Shown here piece after piece: positions 18,563-27,791 of a stretch of DNA of 56,493 bases. The position numbers were made by a program, and so were the translations under genes. The stretch lies in assembly GCA_036825855.1 (NCBI GenBank), contig DAISXL010000001.1, positions 1 to 56,493 of the forward strand, written 5' to 3'. The stretch is from Yoonia sp. (GTDB lineage Bacteria > Pseudomonadota > Alphaproteobacteria > Rhodobacterales > Rhodobacteraceae). Position 1 is the first letter of the stretch. Every line of letters begins with the position of its first letter. The notes beneath the pieces are model-generated. The model did no database searches, had not been told where the DNA came from, and worked only from the letters and a program-made list of their open reading frames with translations.

Positions 18563-20664
18563 TGGTCTGGCGCGCTGACGGACATCCGGGCGGACGCGTT
18601 CGTTTGGCGCAATGGGCGGGGACCTGGACCGCCCGCTTGTGCAGCCTGCCTGTCTGGTTTCAGGAAGCCGCCCGCAGTGCTTGGGCAGGCCGCAACGTTG
18701 CCTATGCCTGCACCAGCCTTGCGATGGCACGGTCGCGGGGGTTGGCCATAGCGCTTGGGTCGCGCCCCGTGTTCTACAGCCGGGTCTTGCCGCTGCGGGC
18801 GGCGCATGTCGCGGGATGGGGGCGCAAATGGTCGGGTCGGCGCGCCCAGCAGATCGCTGCGCGCAGCGGCGCAAGGCTTTGCCTGATCGAGGATGGTTTT
18901 CTGCGGTCGGTCCGCCGGTCGGCTGCCAGCCTGTCCTATGTTATCGACAACCGCGGGATCCACTATGACGCACGCGAACCCAGCCTGTTCGAAGATCTCG
19001 CCCGGCAGTCACTGACCGCCGCAGCGACGCAGCGCACCGATCAGATCATCCGCCTTTGGCGTGATCTTGGTGTGTCGAAATACAATGGATTGCGCGATGC
19101 GACAGAACCGGTTGGCAGGCCCTACGTCCTCGTGGCTGACCAGACATTGGGCGATGCATCTGTCGCGGGCGGCCTTGCAGATGCGCAAAGCTTTCAGGAC
19201 ATGCTGGCGGCAGCCTTGCACGACAACCCCGACCATCTGGTCGTGGTCAAGACCCATCCCGATAGCCATAGCCGTGCAGCGCGGGGCTATTTCGACATCC
19301 CTCGTCTGCAAGCCCATCATCGGATCCGCACGGTCACAGCCCCCTGCCATCCCGCAGCCCTGATCCGTGGGGCCGATGCCGTCTATACCGTCACCTCCCA
19401 GATCGGGTTCGAGGCGCTCATCTGGAACAAGCCTGTCCACACGTTCGGGATGCCGTTCTATGCAGGCTGGGGCCTGACCGAGGACCGGCTTGCCTCGCCC
19501 GCCCGCCGCCGGCCGATCAGGCTTGACCAGTTGGTGCATGCCGCCCTTGTCGGCTATCCGCGCTATATCGACCCGCTGTCCGGCACTCCTTGCGAGGTCG
19601 AGCGTTGCCTTGCCCATGTCGGGCTGCAACGCCGCCACCGCACGGCCTTGCCACCGGTGATCCATGCAAGGGGTTTTTCCAGATGGAAGCGGTCGTTCAT
19701 GACGACCTTTCTGCAAGGATCACAGGTGGATTTCAGCAAGTGGGGCCTGTTGCATGGCGCCGTCGCGGTCTGGGGCAGCAACGAGGCACCAGCCGCCACC
19801 ACCGTCCTGCGGATCGAAGACGGGTTTCTGCGGTCCTCCGGGCTTGGGGCTGATCTTGTGCGTCCGCTGTCGCTGGTGATCGACGATGTCGGGATCTACT
19901 ACGACGCGACACGACCCTCGCGGCTGGAACAGATCCTTGCCACGACGGTTCTGTCCGCCGCCGACCATGACCGCGCGCGCAACCTGCGGACGAAGTTGGT
20001 TGCGCAGGACGTGACGAAATACAACCTCGGACATGCGCGGTGGGAAAGGCCCCGCACCGACCGCGCCGTGCTGCTGGTTGTCGGACAGGTCGAAAGCGAT
20101 GCGGCAATTGCCTTGGGCTCGCCTGTGATCCGCACCAACATCGCCCTGCTGCAGCGCGTGCGCGCCGAAAACCCCGAGGCCTATATCGTCTACAAGCCGC
20201 ATCCTGACGTGCTGGCCCGTTTGCGCCACGCAGGCGCGGGCGAAGATGCGGCGTTCAAGATCGCAGATGAAGTGCTGACAACGCAAGTGTCGCTGAATGA
20301 CCTGCTGGGCGGTGTTGATACGGTGCATGTGATGACATCGCTTTTGGGATTCGAGGCGGTGATCCGCGGGAAGACCGTGGTCTGTCACGGCCTGCCGTTC
20401 TATGCCGGGTGGGGGCTGACGCAGGACAGGTTGACCTGCCCACGCCGGATGCGCGCCCTGTCCTGTGACGATCTCGTGCATGCGGCGCTGATCGCCTATC
20501 CGCGCTATGTAAACCACGACCAGCGCTGCTTTGTCACCCCCGAAGAGGCTGTGGATATGCTGGTCGCGCAATCCGCCCAAGGCCCCGCAACACGCCGCTG
20601 GCATCGCCGCCTGCTGCGGGCGGGGATTGTCGGCTGGCGCGCCGTGTCGGGGGCAGGCCGATGA
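18562..20664 (+). CDS. kpsC: Capsule beta-Kdo transferase KpsC (two Capsule_synth domains)
   Basis: Duplicated motif sets: IEDGFLRS twice, GI(H/Y)YDA twice, DQT.GD.S / GQVESD, KTHPD / KPHPD, TS..GFEA twice, G.PFYAGWGLT.D twice, YPRY twice. Confidence 0.93.
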   Translation: MVWRADGHPGGRVRLAQWAGTWTARLCSLPVWFQEAARSAWAGRNVAYACTSLAMARSRGLAIALGSRPVFYSRVLPLRAAHVAGWGRKWSGRRAQQIAARSGARLCLIEDGFLRSVRRSAASLSYVIDNRGIHYDAREPSLFEDLARQSLTAAATQRTDQIIRLWRDLGVSKYNGLRDATEPVGRPYVLVADQTLGDASVAGGLADAQSFQDMLAAALHDNPDHLVVVKTHPDSHSRAARGYFDIPRLQAHHRIRTVTAPCHPAALIRGADAVYTVTSQIGFEALIWNKPVHTFGMPFYAGWGLTEDRLASPARRRPIRLDQLVHAALVGYPRYIDPLSGTPCEVERCLAHVGLQRRHRTALPPVIHARGFSRWKRSFMTTFLQGSQVDFSKWGLLHGAVAVWGSNEAPAATTVLRIEDGFLRSSGLGADLVRPLSLVIDDVGIYYDATRPSRLEQILATTVLSAADHDRARNLRTKLVAQDVTKYNLGHARWERPRTDRAVLLVVGQVESDAAIALGSPVIRTNIALLQRVRAENPEAYIVYKPHPDVLARLRHAGAGEDAAFKIADEVLTTQVSLNDLLGGVDTVHVMTSLLGFEAVIRGKTVVCHGLPFYAGWGLTQDRLTCPRRMRALSCDDLVHAALIAYPRYVNHDQRCFVTPEEAVDMLVAQSAQGPATRRWHRRLLRAGIVGWRAVSGAGR

Positions 20665-21854
20665 CCCAAACCAAAGAGGTCAAGTCCAGTGGCCAGGTTC
20701 TGACGCTCAGCACATCCAGCCCCGCCGATCAGCCACGCCGGGCGCGCAACCGGCACGCGGGGCTGCGCGCGTCCTTCGTCCTCTGCGTGCTGCTGCCACT
20801 TGTCGCGGCGGGCGTCTATTTTGCCACCATCGCCACCGATCGCTATGCCGCTACGGCGGGCTTTGCGATCCGCGGGATCGACACGGGCGCAGGCGTAGAC
20901 GGCATCGGTGCCCTGACCGGACTAGCAAGTTCCGGGTCCACGACATCGGACTCCTATATCGTGCTGAGCTATCTTGGCAGCCGCCAGTTGCTGGAGGAAC
21001 TGGATGCGCGGCTTGACCTGCGCGGCGCCTATGCGGGGGCAGATGTCGATCTGCTGTCGCGGCTGCGCCCTGACGCCAGCGTCGAGGATTTTGTCGCCCA
21101 TTGGAACCGCCGGATTCACACCGCATTCGACCCCGCATCCGGGATCATCACTGTCGAAGTGCAGGCCCCCGACCCTGACCATGCCCGCGCCATCGCAAGC
21201 GCGGTGCTGACGCTGACGCAGTCGCTGATCAACGACCTGTCCGCAACCGCCCGCGGCGACGCCTTGCGCTTTGCCCAAGAAGAGGTGGCCGTTCAGGAAA
21301 CGCGCCTGCGTGACGCGCTGGCCGCGATCCGCAATTTTCGCGCGGCAGAGCAATCGGTCGATCCTGCGGCTGCGGCGGCCCTTGATATCGAACTGATCGC
21401 GCGGCTGGAATCGCAACTTGCGGATGTAAACACGCGGATCTCGGCCCTGCGCCAGTCGCTTGACGCGGATGCGCCAAGCCTTGTCGCCCTGCGGCGCGAG
21501 GCAGAGGCGCTGGATGTCCAGATCACCGCCCGCCGTGATGCTATCGGGACAGCCGCGCCCGGACAGGGAGGGCAGCGCGACATGACACGACAGCTTGCCC
21601 TGTATGAGGAGTTAGAGGTTGACCGTGGGTTGGCACAACAAGGCTATGCCTCGGCCTTGGTGTCGCTGGAACAGGCGCGCCGTGATGCCGACCGACAGCA
21701 ACGCTATCTTGCGATCCACCAGCACCCGCAAACCGCCGAAACCGCGCAATATCCGCGCAGCCTGCGCAATATGTTGGTGCTGGCCTTCGGGCTGGTGGCG
21801 GCCTGGGGAATCGGGGCCTTGCTGACCTATTCGGTACGGGACCACCTGACATGA
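20661..21854 (+). CDS. kpsE: Capsule export inner-membrane adaptor (polysaccharide co-polymerase, KpsE/CtrB type)
   Basis: N- and C-terminal TM helices (SF.LCVLLP; YP.....LVLAFGL..AWGIG.LL.YS), DRY, and a long coiled-coil periplasmic region. Confidence 0.92.
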   Translation: MTQTKEVKSSGQVLTLSTSSPADQPRRARNRHAGLRASFVLCVLLPLVAAGVYFATIATDRYAATAGFAIRGIDTGAGVDGIGALTGLASSGSTTSDSYIVLSYLGSRQLLEELDARLDLRGAYAGADVDLLSRLRPDASVEDFVAHWNRRIHTAFDPASGIITVEVQAPDPDHARAIASAVLTLTQSLINDLSATARGDALRFAQEEVAVQETRLRDALAAIRNFRAAEQSVDPAAAAALDIELIARLESQLADVNTRISALRQSLDADAPSLVALRREAEALDVQITARRDAIGTAAPGQGGQRDMTRQLALYEELEVDRGLAQQGYASALVSLEQARRDADRQQRYLAIHQHPQTAETAQYPRSLRNMLVLAFGLVAAWGIGALLTYSVRDHLT

Positions 21855-22633
21855 TGCGCGCGCACCCTGCCGATCTGCTGGCGCTGCAGGCGCGTGTCAT
21901 CGCAAGCCTTGCGTTGCGCGAAACGCGCGCGACCTTCGGCGCTTCGGCCTTTGGCTATGTCTGGGCGATCATCACGCCCACGGCCAGCGTGGCCCTGCTT
22001 GTCTTTCTGTTTTCCATCATCGACCGCCAGCCGCCGTTTGGGTCAAGTCTTGCACTGTTCTTTGCGACAGGCATCCTGACGCTGCAATTCTTCACTGAAC
22101 TGTCGTCCAAGCTGATGACGGTGTTCGATGCGAACCGCGCGCTGCTGACCTATCCGATCATCAAGGATGTGGACACGCTGATCGCCCGCGCGCTCTTGAT
22201 CGCGGCGACCTATGCCGTGATCATGGCCATCTTTTTCGGGGCGTTGATCGCACTTGGCCTTGCGCCATGGCCTGCCCATCCCGGCAATCTCGTGCTGGCG
22301 TTCTTGGCGACGGCCTTGCTGGGGCTTGGGCTTGGCACGCTGAACGCGGTCATCATGTCGCTGTGGGACACATGGGCGCAGATCGAAAAGGTGCTGACGC
22401 GTCCTTTGTTCTTTGTGTCCGGCATCTTCTATGTCCCAAGCCAGTTGCCGCCGCAGGCGCGCGACCTGCTGGTCTGGAACCCTGTGCTGCATGTCGTGGA
22501 ATGGGTCCGCCATGGCATTTATCCCAACTACCATTCAACGGTGCTGAACCCATGGTATCCGGTCGCTGTCGGCGCGGGGCTGCTTTTGCTGGGGCTGGCG
22601 GGTGAACGGTTGTTCCGGCGGATGCGGTACTAG
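21851..22633 (+). CDS. kpsM: Capsule ABC-2 transporter permease
   Basis: Q.RVI.SL.LRE.R..FG...GY.WA, N..LLTYP.IK..DT, RPLFF.SGIFY, NPVLH.VEW.R. Confidence 0.94.
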   Translation: MMRAHPADLLALQARVIASLALRETRATFGASAFGYVWAIITPTASVALLVFLFSIIDRQPPFGSSLALFFATGILTLQFFTELSSKLMTVFDANRALLTYPIIKDVDTLIARALLIAATYAVIMAIFFGALIALGLAPWPAHPGNLVLAFLATALLGLGLGTLNAVIMSLWDTWAQIEKVLTRPLFFVSGIFYVPSQLPPQARDLLVWNPVLHVVEWVRHGIYPNYHSTVLNPWYPVAVGAGLLLLGLAGERLFRRMRY

Positions 22634-23290
22634 ATGCTGGCGTTCGAGCATGTCAGCAAGACCTACCGGATCAAGGGCGTCACCAAGACGATCCTGCAGG
22701 ATTTCAGTTTCCGGTTTCCGGATGGCCGCAATATCGCGATCATGGGCCAGAACGGCGCGGGCAAATCGACCATGATGCGCTTGCTCGCGGGGATCGAACC
22801 GCCCGACCTTGGCCGCGTGCACCGCACATCGCGCGTCTCTTGGCCACTGGGTTTTGCCGGCGGGTTCAACGGCAGCATGACGGGGCTGGAAAACCTGCGC
22901 TTCGTCTCGCGCATCTATGGGCAGGACACCGACCGCGTGATCGCCTATGTCAAAGCCTTTGCCGAACTCGGACCATCGTTGCGCCTGCCGATCAAGACCT
23001 ATTCCAGCGGCATGAAGGCGCGGCTTGCCTTCGGGCTGAGCATGGCGATCGATTTCGACGTCTATCTCATCGACGAGATCACGGCCGTCGGCGACGAGGA
23101 TTTCAAGAAGAAAAGCAAGGCCGTGTTTCAGGACAAGCTGGCGAAAAGCCAGATCATCATGATTTCCCACGCACCAAGCACGATCCGCGATTACTGCGAT
23201 TGCGGGCTTTTGCTTGATGGCAACGGCATCCGGTTTTTCGACAGGGTCGATGACCTGCTGGACGCCTATGCCGCAATGACGCGCAGGTAA
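22634..23290 (+). CDS. kpsT: Capsule ABC transporter ATP-binding protein
   Basis: GQNGAGKST, VSWPLGFAGGF.GSMTG.EN, YSSGMKARLAFGLSM, YLIDE, ISH. Confidence 0.95.
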   Translation: MLAFEHVSKTYRIKGVTKTILQDFSFRFPDGRNIAIMGQNGAGKSTMMRLLAGIEPPDLGRVHRTSRVSWPLGFAGGFNGSMTGLENLRFVSRIYGQDTDRVIAYVKAFAELGPSLRLPIKTYSSGMKARLAFGLSMAIDFDVYLIDEITAVGDEDFKKKSKAVFQDKLAKSQIIMISHAPSTIRDYCDCGLLLDGNGIRFFDRVDDLLDAYAAMTRR

Positions 23291-23297
23291 CCCGCGA

Positions 23298-24083
23298 TCA
23301 CGCCACCATGGCTTGCGAAATCGCGAGGGTCACATCCTCGGTCTGCAGACCATCTGCCGAAATGCGGCAAAGCACGTTGCAGGGCAAGGCCGTCCAGCGT
23401 TCGGTCACACCGCAAAGCGGTTCTGACGCCACCGCCCGCCCGCCATTGTCCAGCACGCCGGACAGATAAAGCGTCGGGCTCGCCCCGCTCGACGCGTGGC
23501 GGAACGCGAACAGCGACTGCCCGTCCGAAAACACGCAGGTCAGCTTGACCGGCCCGGCATCGCTTTCAGGGCCGATGTCACGCAGGGTCGCGGCGATCGC
23601 TTGGACAGGATCAGTGTCGAGCCCATGTGCCTGCAAGGTCAGAAAGATCATCTCGCTATCGGTGGTGCCGCGCCGTGCATCGAACAGCGCATCGGGCAGT
23701 GCGGCCATCATCCGCCGCTTGATCTGGCCGAAATGCGGGATCTGGCCGTTATGGCAGAACGACCAGCGATCCAGCGCGAAAGGATGGCAATTCGCGCGGC
23801 TTGTCTCGCCCACGGTCGACGCGCGGATATGCGCGATGAACAGATGCGACCGCACCATCCGGCACAGATTCGTCAGGTTGTCATCGGCCCATGCGGGCAG
23901 CACGTCACGGTAAAGGCCGGGCCTGTCATCCTGCCCATACCAGCTGATCCCGAATCCGTCGCCGTTCACCGCAAGCTTGGCCTCGTTGGCGTGTTGGCTT
24001 TGTGTCAGCAACGAATGACGCGGCCGCACGATGATGTTTTCCAGCGGAATGGCCGGACCCGTATAGGCGGCGATGCGACACAT
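23298..24083 (-). CDS. Class II glutamine amidotransferase (EgtC/Dug3/YafJ-like Ntn hydrolase)
   Basis: N-terminal MCR nucleophile, HSLL.QS, NGDGFG..WY, AHIRAST, NCHPF, HNGQI, GTTDSE, VASEPL. Confidence 0.92.
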   Translation of the reverse strand: MCRIAAYTGPAIPLENIIVRPRHSLLTQSQHANEAKLAVNGDGFGISWYGQDDRPGLYRDVLPAWADDNLTNLCRMVRSHLFIAHIRASTVGETSRANCHPFALDRWSFCHNGQIPHFGQIKRRMMAALPDALFDARRGTTDSEMIFLTLQAHGLDTDPVQAIAATLRDIGPESDAGPVKLTCVFSDGQSLFAFRHASSGASPTLYLSGVLDNGGRAVASEPLCGVTERWTALPCNVLCRISADGLQTEDVTLAISQAMVA

Positions 24084-24322
24084 CAGTGGCGGTCCGTGAT
24101 CCGGGCGTGCAACCGCTTGAGGATGCGGCTCGCCGTTGTTTCACACAGCGCAGGGATGAACGCATGGACCAGCGCCGCAGATGCCGCCACCCCCAGCCAG
24201 AACGCAAACCCCAAGGCAAAACGCATATGCCCGAAATAGGTCTCGTTCACGCTGGCCGGATGATCAAGGAACAGGCTGGCGACCAAGGTGCTGCGGGTGG
24301 AATTCTGGGATGCGTCTGACAT
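24083..24322 (-). CDS. Small membrane protein, DUF6356-like (79 aa)
   Basis: F..HPASVNETYF.HMRFA..F...L..A..AALVHA..P.L.ETTAS. Start at ATG 24322; stop is coupled to the amidotransferase ATG (TGATG). Confidence 0.8.
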   Translation of the reverse strand: MSDASQNSTRSTLVASLFLDHPASVNETYFGHMRFALGFAFWLGVAASAALVHAFIPALCETTASRILKRLHARITDRH

Positions 24323-24390
24323 GGAAACCTCTGGTGGTGGCATTTGTAACACCCTAGCGACAGATGCACCGAATCCGGTCCCAAATTCCA

Positions 24391-24423
24391 TTGCAAATGC
24401 AGGATACCGTGGGATAAAATCCC
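24391..24423 (+). promoter_or_regulatory. Putative sigma70 promoter (TTGCAA-N18-TAAAAT) overlapped by the palindrome GGGATAAAATCCC; probably a leaderless transcript
   Basis: The -10 element ends 7 nt before the Lrp ATG and no Shine-Dalgarno sequence is visible. Confidence 0.45.
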
Positions 24424-24427
24424 GTCC

Positions 24428-24889
24428 ATGGCCCATATCATCGACGAAACAGACCGCAGCATCCTGCACTTGCTGCAAACCGACGCCAGCCTGTCCGTCG
24501 ATGACGTCAGCGCCGCTGTGCATCTGTCCCGCAACGCCTGCTGGCGGCGGATCAAGGCGCTGGAATCGGCTGGCGTGATCCGCGCCCGTGTCGCGCTTGT
24601 CGATGCCGCAAAGGTCGGCATGCCGCTGATGGCGATGGTCCTGATCCGCACCAACGCGCATGACGCGCACTGGATGGACAAATTCCAGACCGCGCTCCGC
24701 AGCCTGCCCGAGGTCGTGGGCGCCTACCGTATGACCGGCGATCTGGATTACGTGCTGCGCGTGCGCGTGGCCGATGTGCCCGCCTATGACGCGTTCTACA
24801 AACGGCTGACGGCACGGATTTCGGTCTCCGACATCTCGGCCAGTTTCGTGATGGAAGAGATCAAGGAAACCACCGCAGTCCCGCTGTAG
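24428..24889 (+). CDS. Lrp/AsnC family regulator, DecR(YbaO)-like
   Basis: HTH LSRNACWRRIKALE..GVI, then YRMTGDLDY.LRV.VAD..AYD.FYKRL and S.F.ME.IK.TT..P. Confidence 0.92.
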   Translation: MAHIIDETDRSILHLLQTDASLSVDDVSAAVHLSRNACWRRIKALESAGVIRARVALVDAAKVGMPLMAMVLIRTNAHDAHWMDKFQTALRSLPEVVGAYRMTGDLDYVLRVRVADVPAYDAFYKRLTARISVSDISASFVMEEIKETTAVPL

Positions 24890-24976
24890 CGGATGACAAA
24901 AAGTGACCACCGCCCCACGTGACACCCCTGTGCAAATCGGGTAAGCGGGACCAAATCACCAATGAGGGAGCCCGCG

Positions 24977-25117
24977 ATGGCCAACAACGACCACGAGAAT
25001 GGCAAAATGGACATCTCCGAACAGGAAAAGACCTTTAACGGGTTTGTCAGCCTGTCCGTGAAAGGTGCCGCGATCTGCATCGGCCTTTTGGTCTTTCTGG
25101 CCCTCGTGAACGCCTGA
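24977..25117 (+). CDS. ctaH: aa3-type cytochrome c oxidase subunit IV (46 aa, below the ORF-track cutoff)
   Basis: Hand translation MANNDHENGKMDISEQEKTFNGFVSLSVKGAAICIGLLVFLALVNA*. H..G.MDI..QEKTF.GF motif plus one TM helix; GAGGGAG RBS. Confidence 0.88.
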   Translation: MANNDHENGKMDISEQEKTFNGFVSLSVKGAAICIGLLVFLALVNA

Positions 25118-25123
25118 TCCCGC

Positions 25124-25732
25124 GTGCAGCGCCGTTTTTTCCTGATCGCCGCACCTTTGGCGCTGTCTGCTTGCACGGGCCAAGAGGTCTGGGCGCCCGA
25201 TGACATCGTGTCGCGCGCGATTTTTCGCGACCCCGACAACAGCTATCTGACGCTGTACACGATGAAGAACAACGGCTCCGGCAATGGGGCCCATTCCGCG
25301 CTGCTGATCAACGCAAGCCAGCGTGTGCTGTTCGATCCGGCGGGGTCCTTCGTGCAGAACCGGATGCCCGAACGCAACGATGTGCTGTTCGGCGTGACGC
25401 CAGAGCTGGAACAGTTCTACGTCAGCTACCACGCCCGCGTGACTTATCACGTGGTGGGTCAAAAGGTGCGGGTCGCACCAGAGGTTGCCGAACGCGCGCT
25501 GCAACTGGCACTAGCGAATGGCGCTGTGCCACAGGCGCATTGCGCGCGCGCCACCTCGCGGTTGGTCCGCCAACTGCCCGGCTTCGAAGGCGTCAGGCAA
25601 ACCTGGTCCCCGAACCGCCTTTCGGGTGATTTCGCAAACCTGCCCGGCGTGGAAACCCGCGAATACCGCGAGGATGACCCCGACGACAAGGGTATCGCTG
25701 CCGCGCAGATCAACGCGGCCCTCAGCGAATAG
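25124..25732 (+). CDS. Hypothetical lipoprotein
   Basis: Lipobox LALSAC. GAHSALLINASQRVLFDPAGSF and a later C suggest a permuted papain-like fold (weak). Confidence 0.75.
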   Translation: MQRRFFLIAAPLALSACTGQEVWAPDDIVSRAIFRDPDNSYLTLYTMKNNGSGNGAHSALLINASQRVLFDPAGSFVQNRMPERNDVLFGVTPELEQFYVSYHARVTYHVVGQKVRVAPEVAERALQLALANGAVPQAHCARATSRLVRQLPGFEGVRQTWSPNRLSGDFANLPGVETREYREDDPDDKGIAAAQINAALSE

Positions 25733-26057
25733 CGAACACCCACAGCGCAAGATAGAGCGTGCCGATCCCCGCGCCGATCCCCCAGATCGCGCTGCGGGTG
25801 CGGATGCCCACGGCGACCGTGACAATGGCCGCGATCATGCGCGCGGGGTCAGGCACGCCTTGCGTCGCCGCAGGCCACAGAACCAGCGGCGCGACCATCC
25901 CCGGCAGCACGGCGACCGGTGTAAAGCGCAACAGCTTCAGCACCACAGGCGGCATCGGCCGATCCCCGATCAGCCCCAGAAACGAAAACCGGATCAGGAA
26001 CGTCCCGATGCCAAGGATCGCGATGATCAGCCAGATCTCGAACGTGGTATAGGTCAT
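25722..26057 (-). CDS. azlD: AzlD domain branched-chain amino acid exporter, small subunit
   Basis: IWLII..LGIGTFLIRFSFL, LRFTPVAVLP.MVAP. ATG 26057 overlaps the azlC stop. Confidence 0.88.
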   Translation of the reverse strand: MTYTTFEIWLIIAILGIGTFLIRFSFLGLIGDRPMPPVVLKLLRFTPVAVLPGMVAPLVLWPAATQGVPDPARMIAAIVTVAVGIRTRSAIWGIGAGIGTLYLALWVFAIR

Positions 26058-26776
26058 GCCTTGCGCCTTTCCATCCATGTCTCGACCAGCGCCCCTGTCA
26101 CCATCGCCGCTGCCGCCGCGATCAGCAATCCGGTGCCCGATGGCAGGCCGACCAAGGCCAGTGCCACGATCACCGACACCGCCGCCGCCGCAACATGCGC
26201 CAAAGATTTCAGCATCGGCGACACCATGGCCAGAAACATGATCGGCACGATGAAATCCAAGGCCCAGGCCTCGGGGATGGCGGACCCGACCATGATCCCG
26301 ACCAGCGTCATGATGAACCATAGGGGTGTGATCGGGGTCGCCACCCCCAGAAAATAGGACACGCGGTCCTGCACGCTCATCGCGGGGCGGGCCTCGTAGC
26401 GGGCGACCGAGGTGATATAGGTCTGGTCGAAATTCAGATAGGCGACCAGCGCGCGTTTCCACAAAGGGGCCGCCCCCAGATAGGGCACAAGCGACGCCGA
26501 ATACATCGCCATCCGCAGATTGACGGCCAAAGCCGCCAGCAGCACAAAGGCGATGCCCGCATCCTCCATCATCATCTGTACGGCGGCGAATTGCGCGGCC
26601 CCTGCGATGACCAGCACGGTGAACCCCATCGCCTGCGCCACCGTCAGACCGGCATCGGTCGCCACCACGCCGAACAGCGTGGCGAACGGCACTGCCATCA
26701 GGATGAACGGGCTGCCGTCGCGGACGCCCTCCCAATAGGCGGATTTGGCGGGGGATTTGACGGTAGAACTTGTCAT
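26054..26776 (-). CDS. azlC: AzlC family branched-chain amino acid exporter permease
   Basis: G.RDG.P, PFA.LFG, AGAAQF, VNLRM.MYSASL, DQTY, LDF.VP.MFL. Confidence 0.92.
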   Translation of the reverse strand: MTSSTVKSPAKSAYWEGVRDGSPFILMAVPFATLFGVVATDAGLTVAQAMGFTVLVIAGAAQFAAVQMMMEDAGIAFVLLAALAVNLRMAMYSASLVPYLGAAPLWKRALVAYLNFDQTYITSVARYEARPAMSVQDRVSYFLGVATPITPLWFIMTLVGIMVGSAIPEAWALDFIVPIMFLAMVSPMLKSLAHVAAAAVSVIVALALVGLPSGTGLLIAAAAAMVTGALVETWMERRKA

Positions 26777-26836
26777 GGCTTTGGCCTAGCTTGGCAGCGG
26801 TGCGGCAGGCTTAACCCCGCAGACTGGAAATGACAA

Positions 26837-27718
26837 TTGGCACGGCTTGATGATCTCTCGTCCTATCTGATCGCGCCTGATCCGGCGTCGGAAAGGCTCA
26901 CCCGCGCGGTCACCGGCACCGACCAGACCGGCGCGCCCGTCGCCTTGCGCGTGACCGAGGAACGACCGCTGACGATCTACCTGAACGCCCAGGAAATCGT
27001 CACCGCCATGACGATCGGAGATTATCCGCACTACCTCGCCCTCGGCTTTCTGCGCAATCAGGGGATGCTGCGCGACGACGACACCGTGACCGGCATCGAC
27101 TATGACGAAGAACTCGACACCGTGGTCGTGCGCACGGCGTCCAAGACGACGTACGAGGACAAGCTGCGCAAGAAAACCCGCACCAGCGGCTGCGCTGTCG
27201 GCACCGTCTTTGGCGACATGATGGAAGGGCTCGCAGGCGTGACCCTGCCCGATCTGGCGCTGCGCACCTCTGACCTTTACGCGCTGGCGGCCACGATCAA
27301 CCGCACCCCGTCGCTTTACCTAGAGGCGGGTGCCATCCACGGCACGGTCCTTTGCCAGGGCGACCGCCCGCTTGTCTATATGGAGGATGTCGGCCGCCAC
27401 AACGCCGTCGACAAGATCGCAGGCTGGATGCTGCATCACAGCGTGCCAGCAGGTGACAAGCTGCTCTACACCACCGGCAGGCTGACCTCTGAAATGGTCA
27501 TCAAGACCGCGCTGATGGGCATTCCGGCCCTCGCCTCGCGCTCGGGCTTCACCGCTTGGGGGGTGGAAATCGCGCAACAGGTCGGGCTGACGCTGATCGG
27601 GCGGATGAAAGGCCAGCGCTTCGTTTGTCTGGCGGGCGATCACCGCCTGATCCGCGACGCCGACCCCAGCCTGATCCCGGATGAACCCGCGCGCATCGGG
27701 CGCAAGGCCGCCCCATGA
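26837..27718 (+). CDS. fdhD: Formate dehydrogenase accessory sulfurtransferase FdhD
   Basis: EERPLTIYLN, LALGFL..QG, TSGCAVG, GAIHG, EDVGRHNAVDKIAG, TGRLTSEMVIK. Confidence 0.95.
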   Translation: MARLDDLSSYLIAPDPASERLTRAVTGTDQTGAPVALRVTEERPLTIYLNAQEIVTAMTIGDYPHYLALGFLRNQGMLRDDDTVTGIDYDEELDTVVVRTASKTTYEDKLRKKTRTSGCAVGTVFGDMMEGLAGVTLPDLALRTSDLYALAATINRTPSLYLEAGAIHGTVLCQGDRPLVYMEDVGRHNAVDKIAGWMLHHSVPAGDKLLYTTGRLTSEMVIKTALMGIPALASRSGFTAWGVEIAQQVGLTLIGRMKGQRFVCLAGDHRLIRDADPSLIPDEPARIGRKAAP

Positions 27719-27741
27719 TCCTTTCAGCTTCTTTTTTCCAA

Positions 27742-27760
27742 AAATACTCCCGCCGGAGGC
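27742..27760 (+). repeat. REP-like dispersed repeat, copy 2
   Basis: AAATACTCCCGCCGGAGGC, 17/19 identical to the core, preceded by a pyrimidine-rich tract. Lies in the fdhD-mobA spacer. Confidence 0.75.
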
Positions 27761-27791
27761 TCCCAAGCCCGCCACACAGGCAGGTGGCGCG

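Noticed and set aside
27681..27791. N-terminal extension of MobA (MNPRASG...FSFFFPKILPPEA)
   Set aside because: It is translation through the fdhD end and the intergenic repeat; the real start is GTG 27792.
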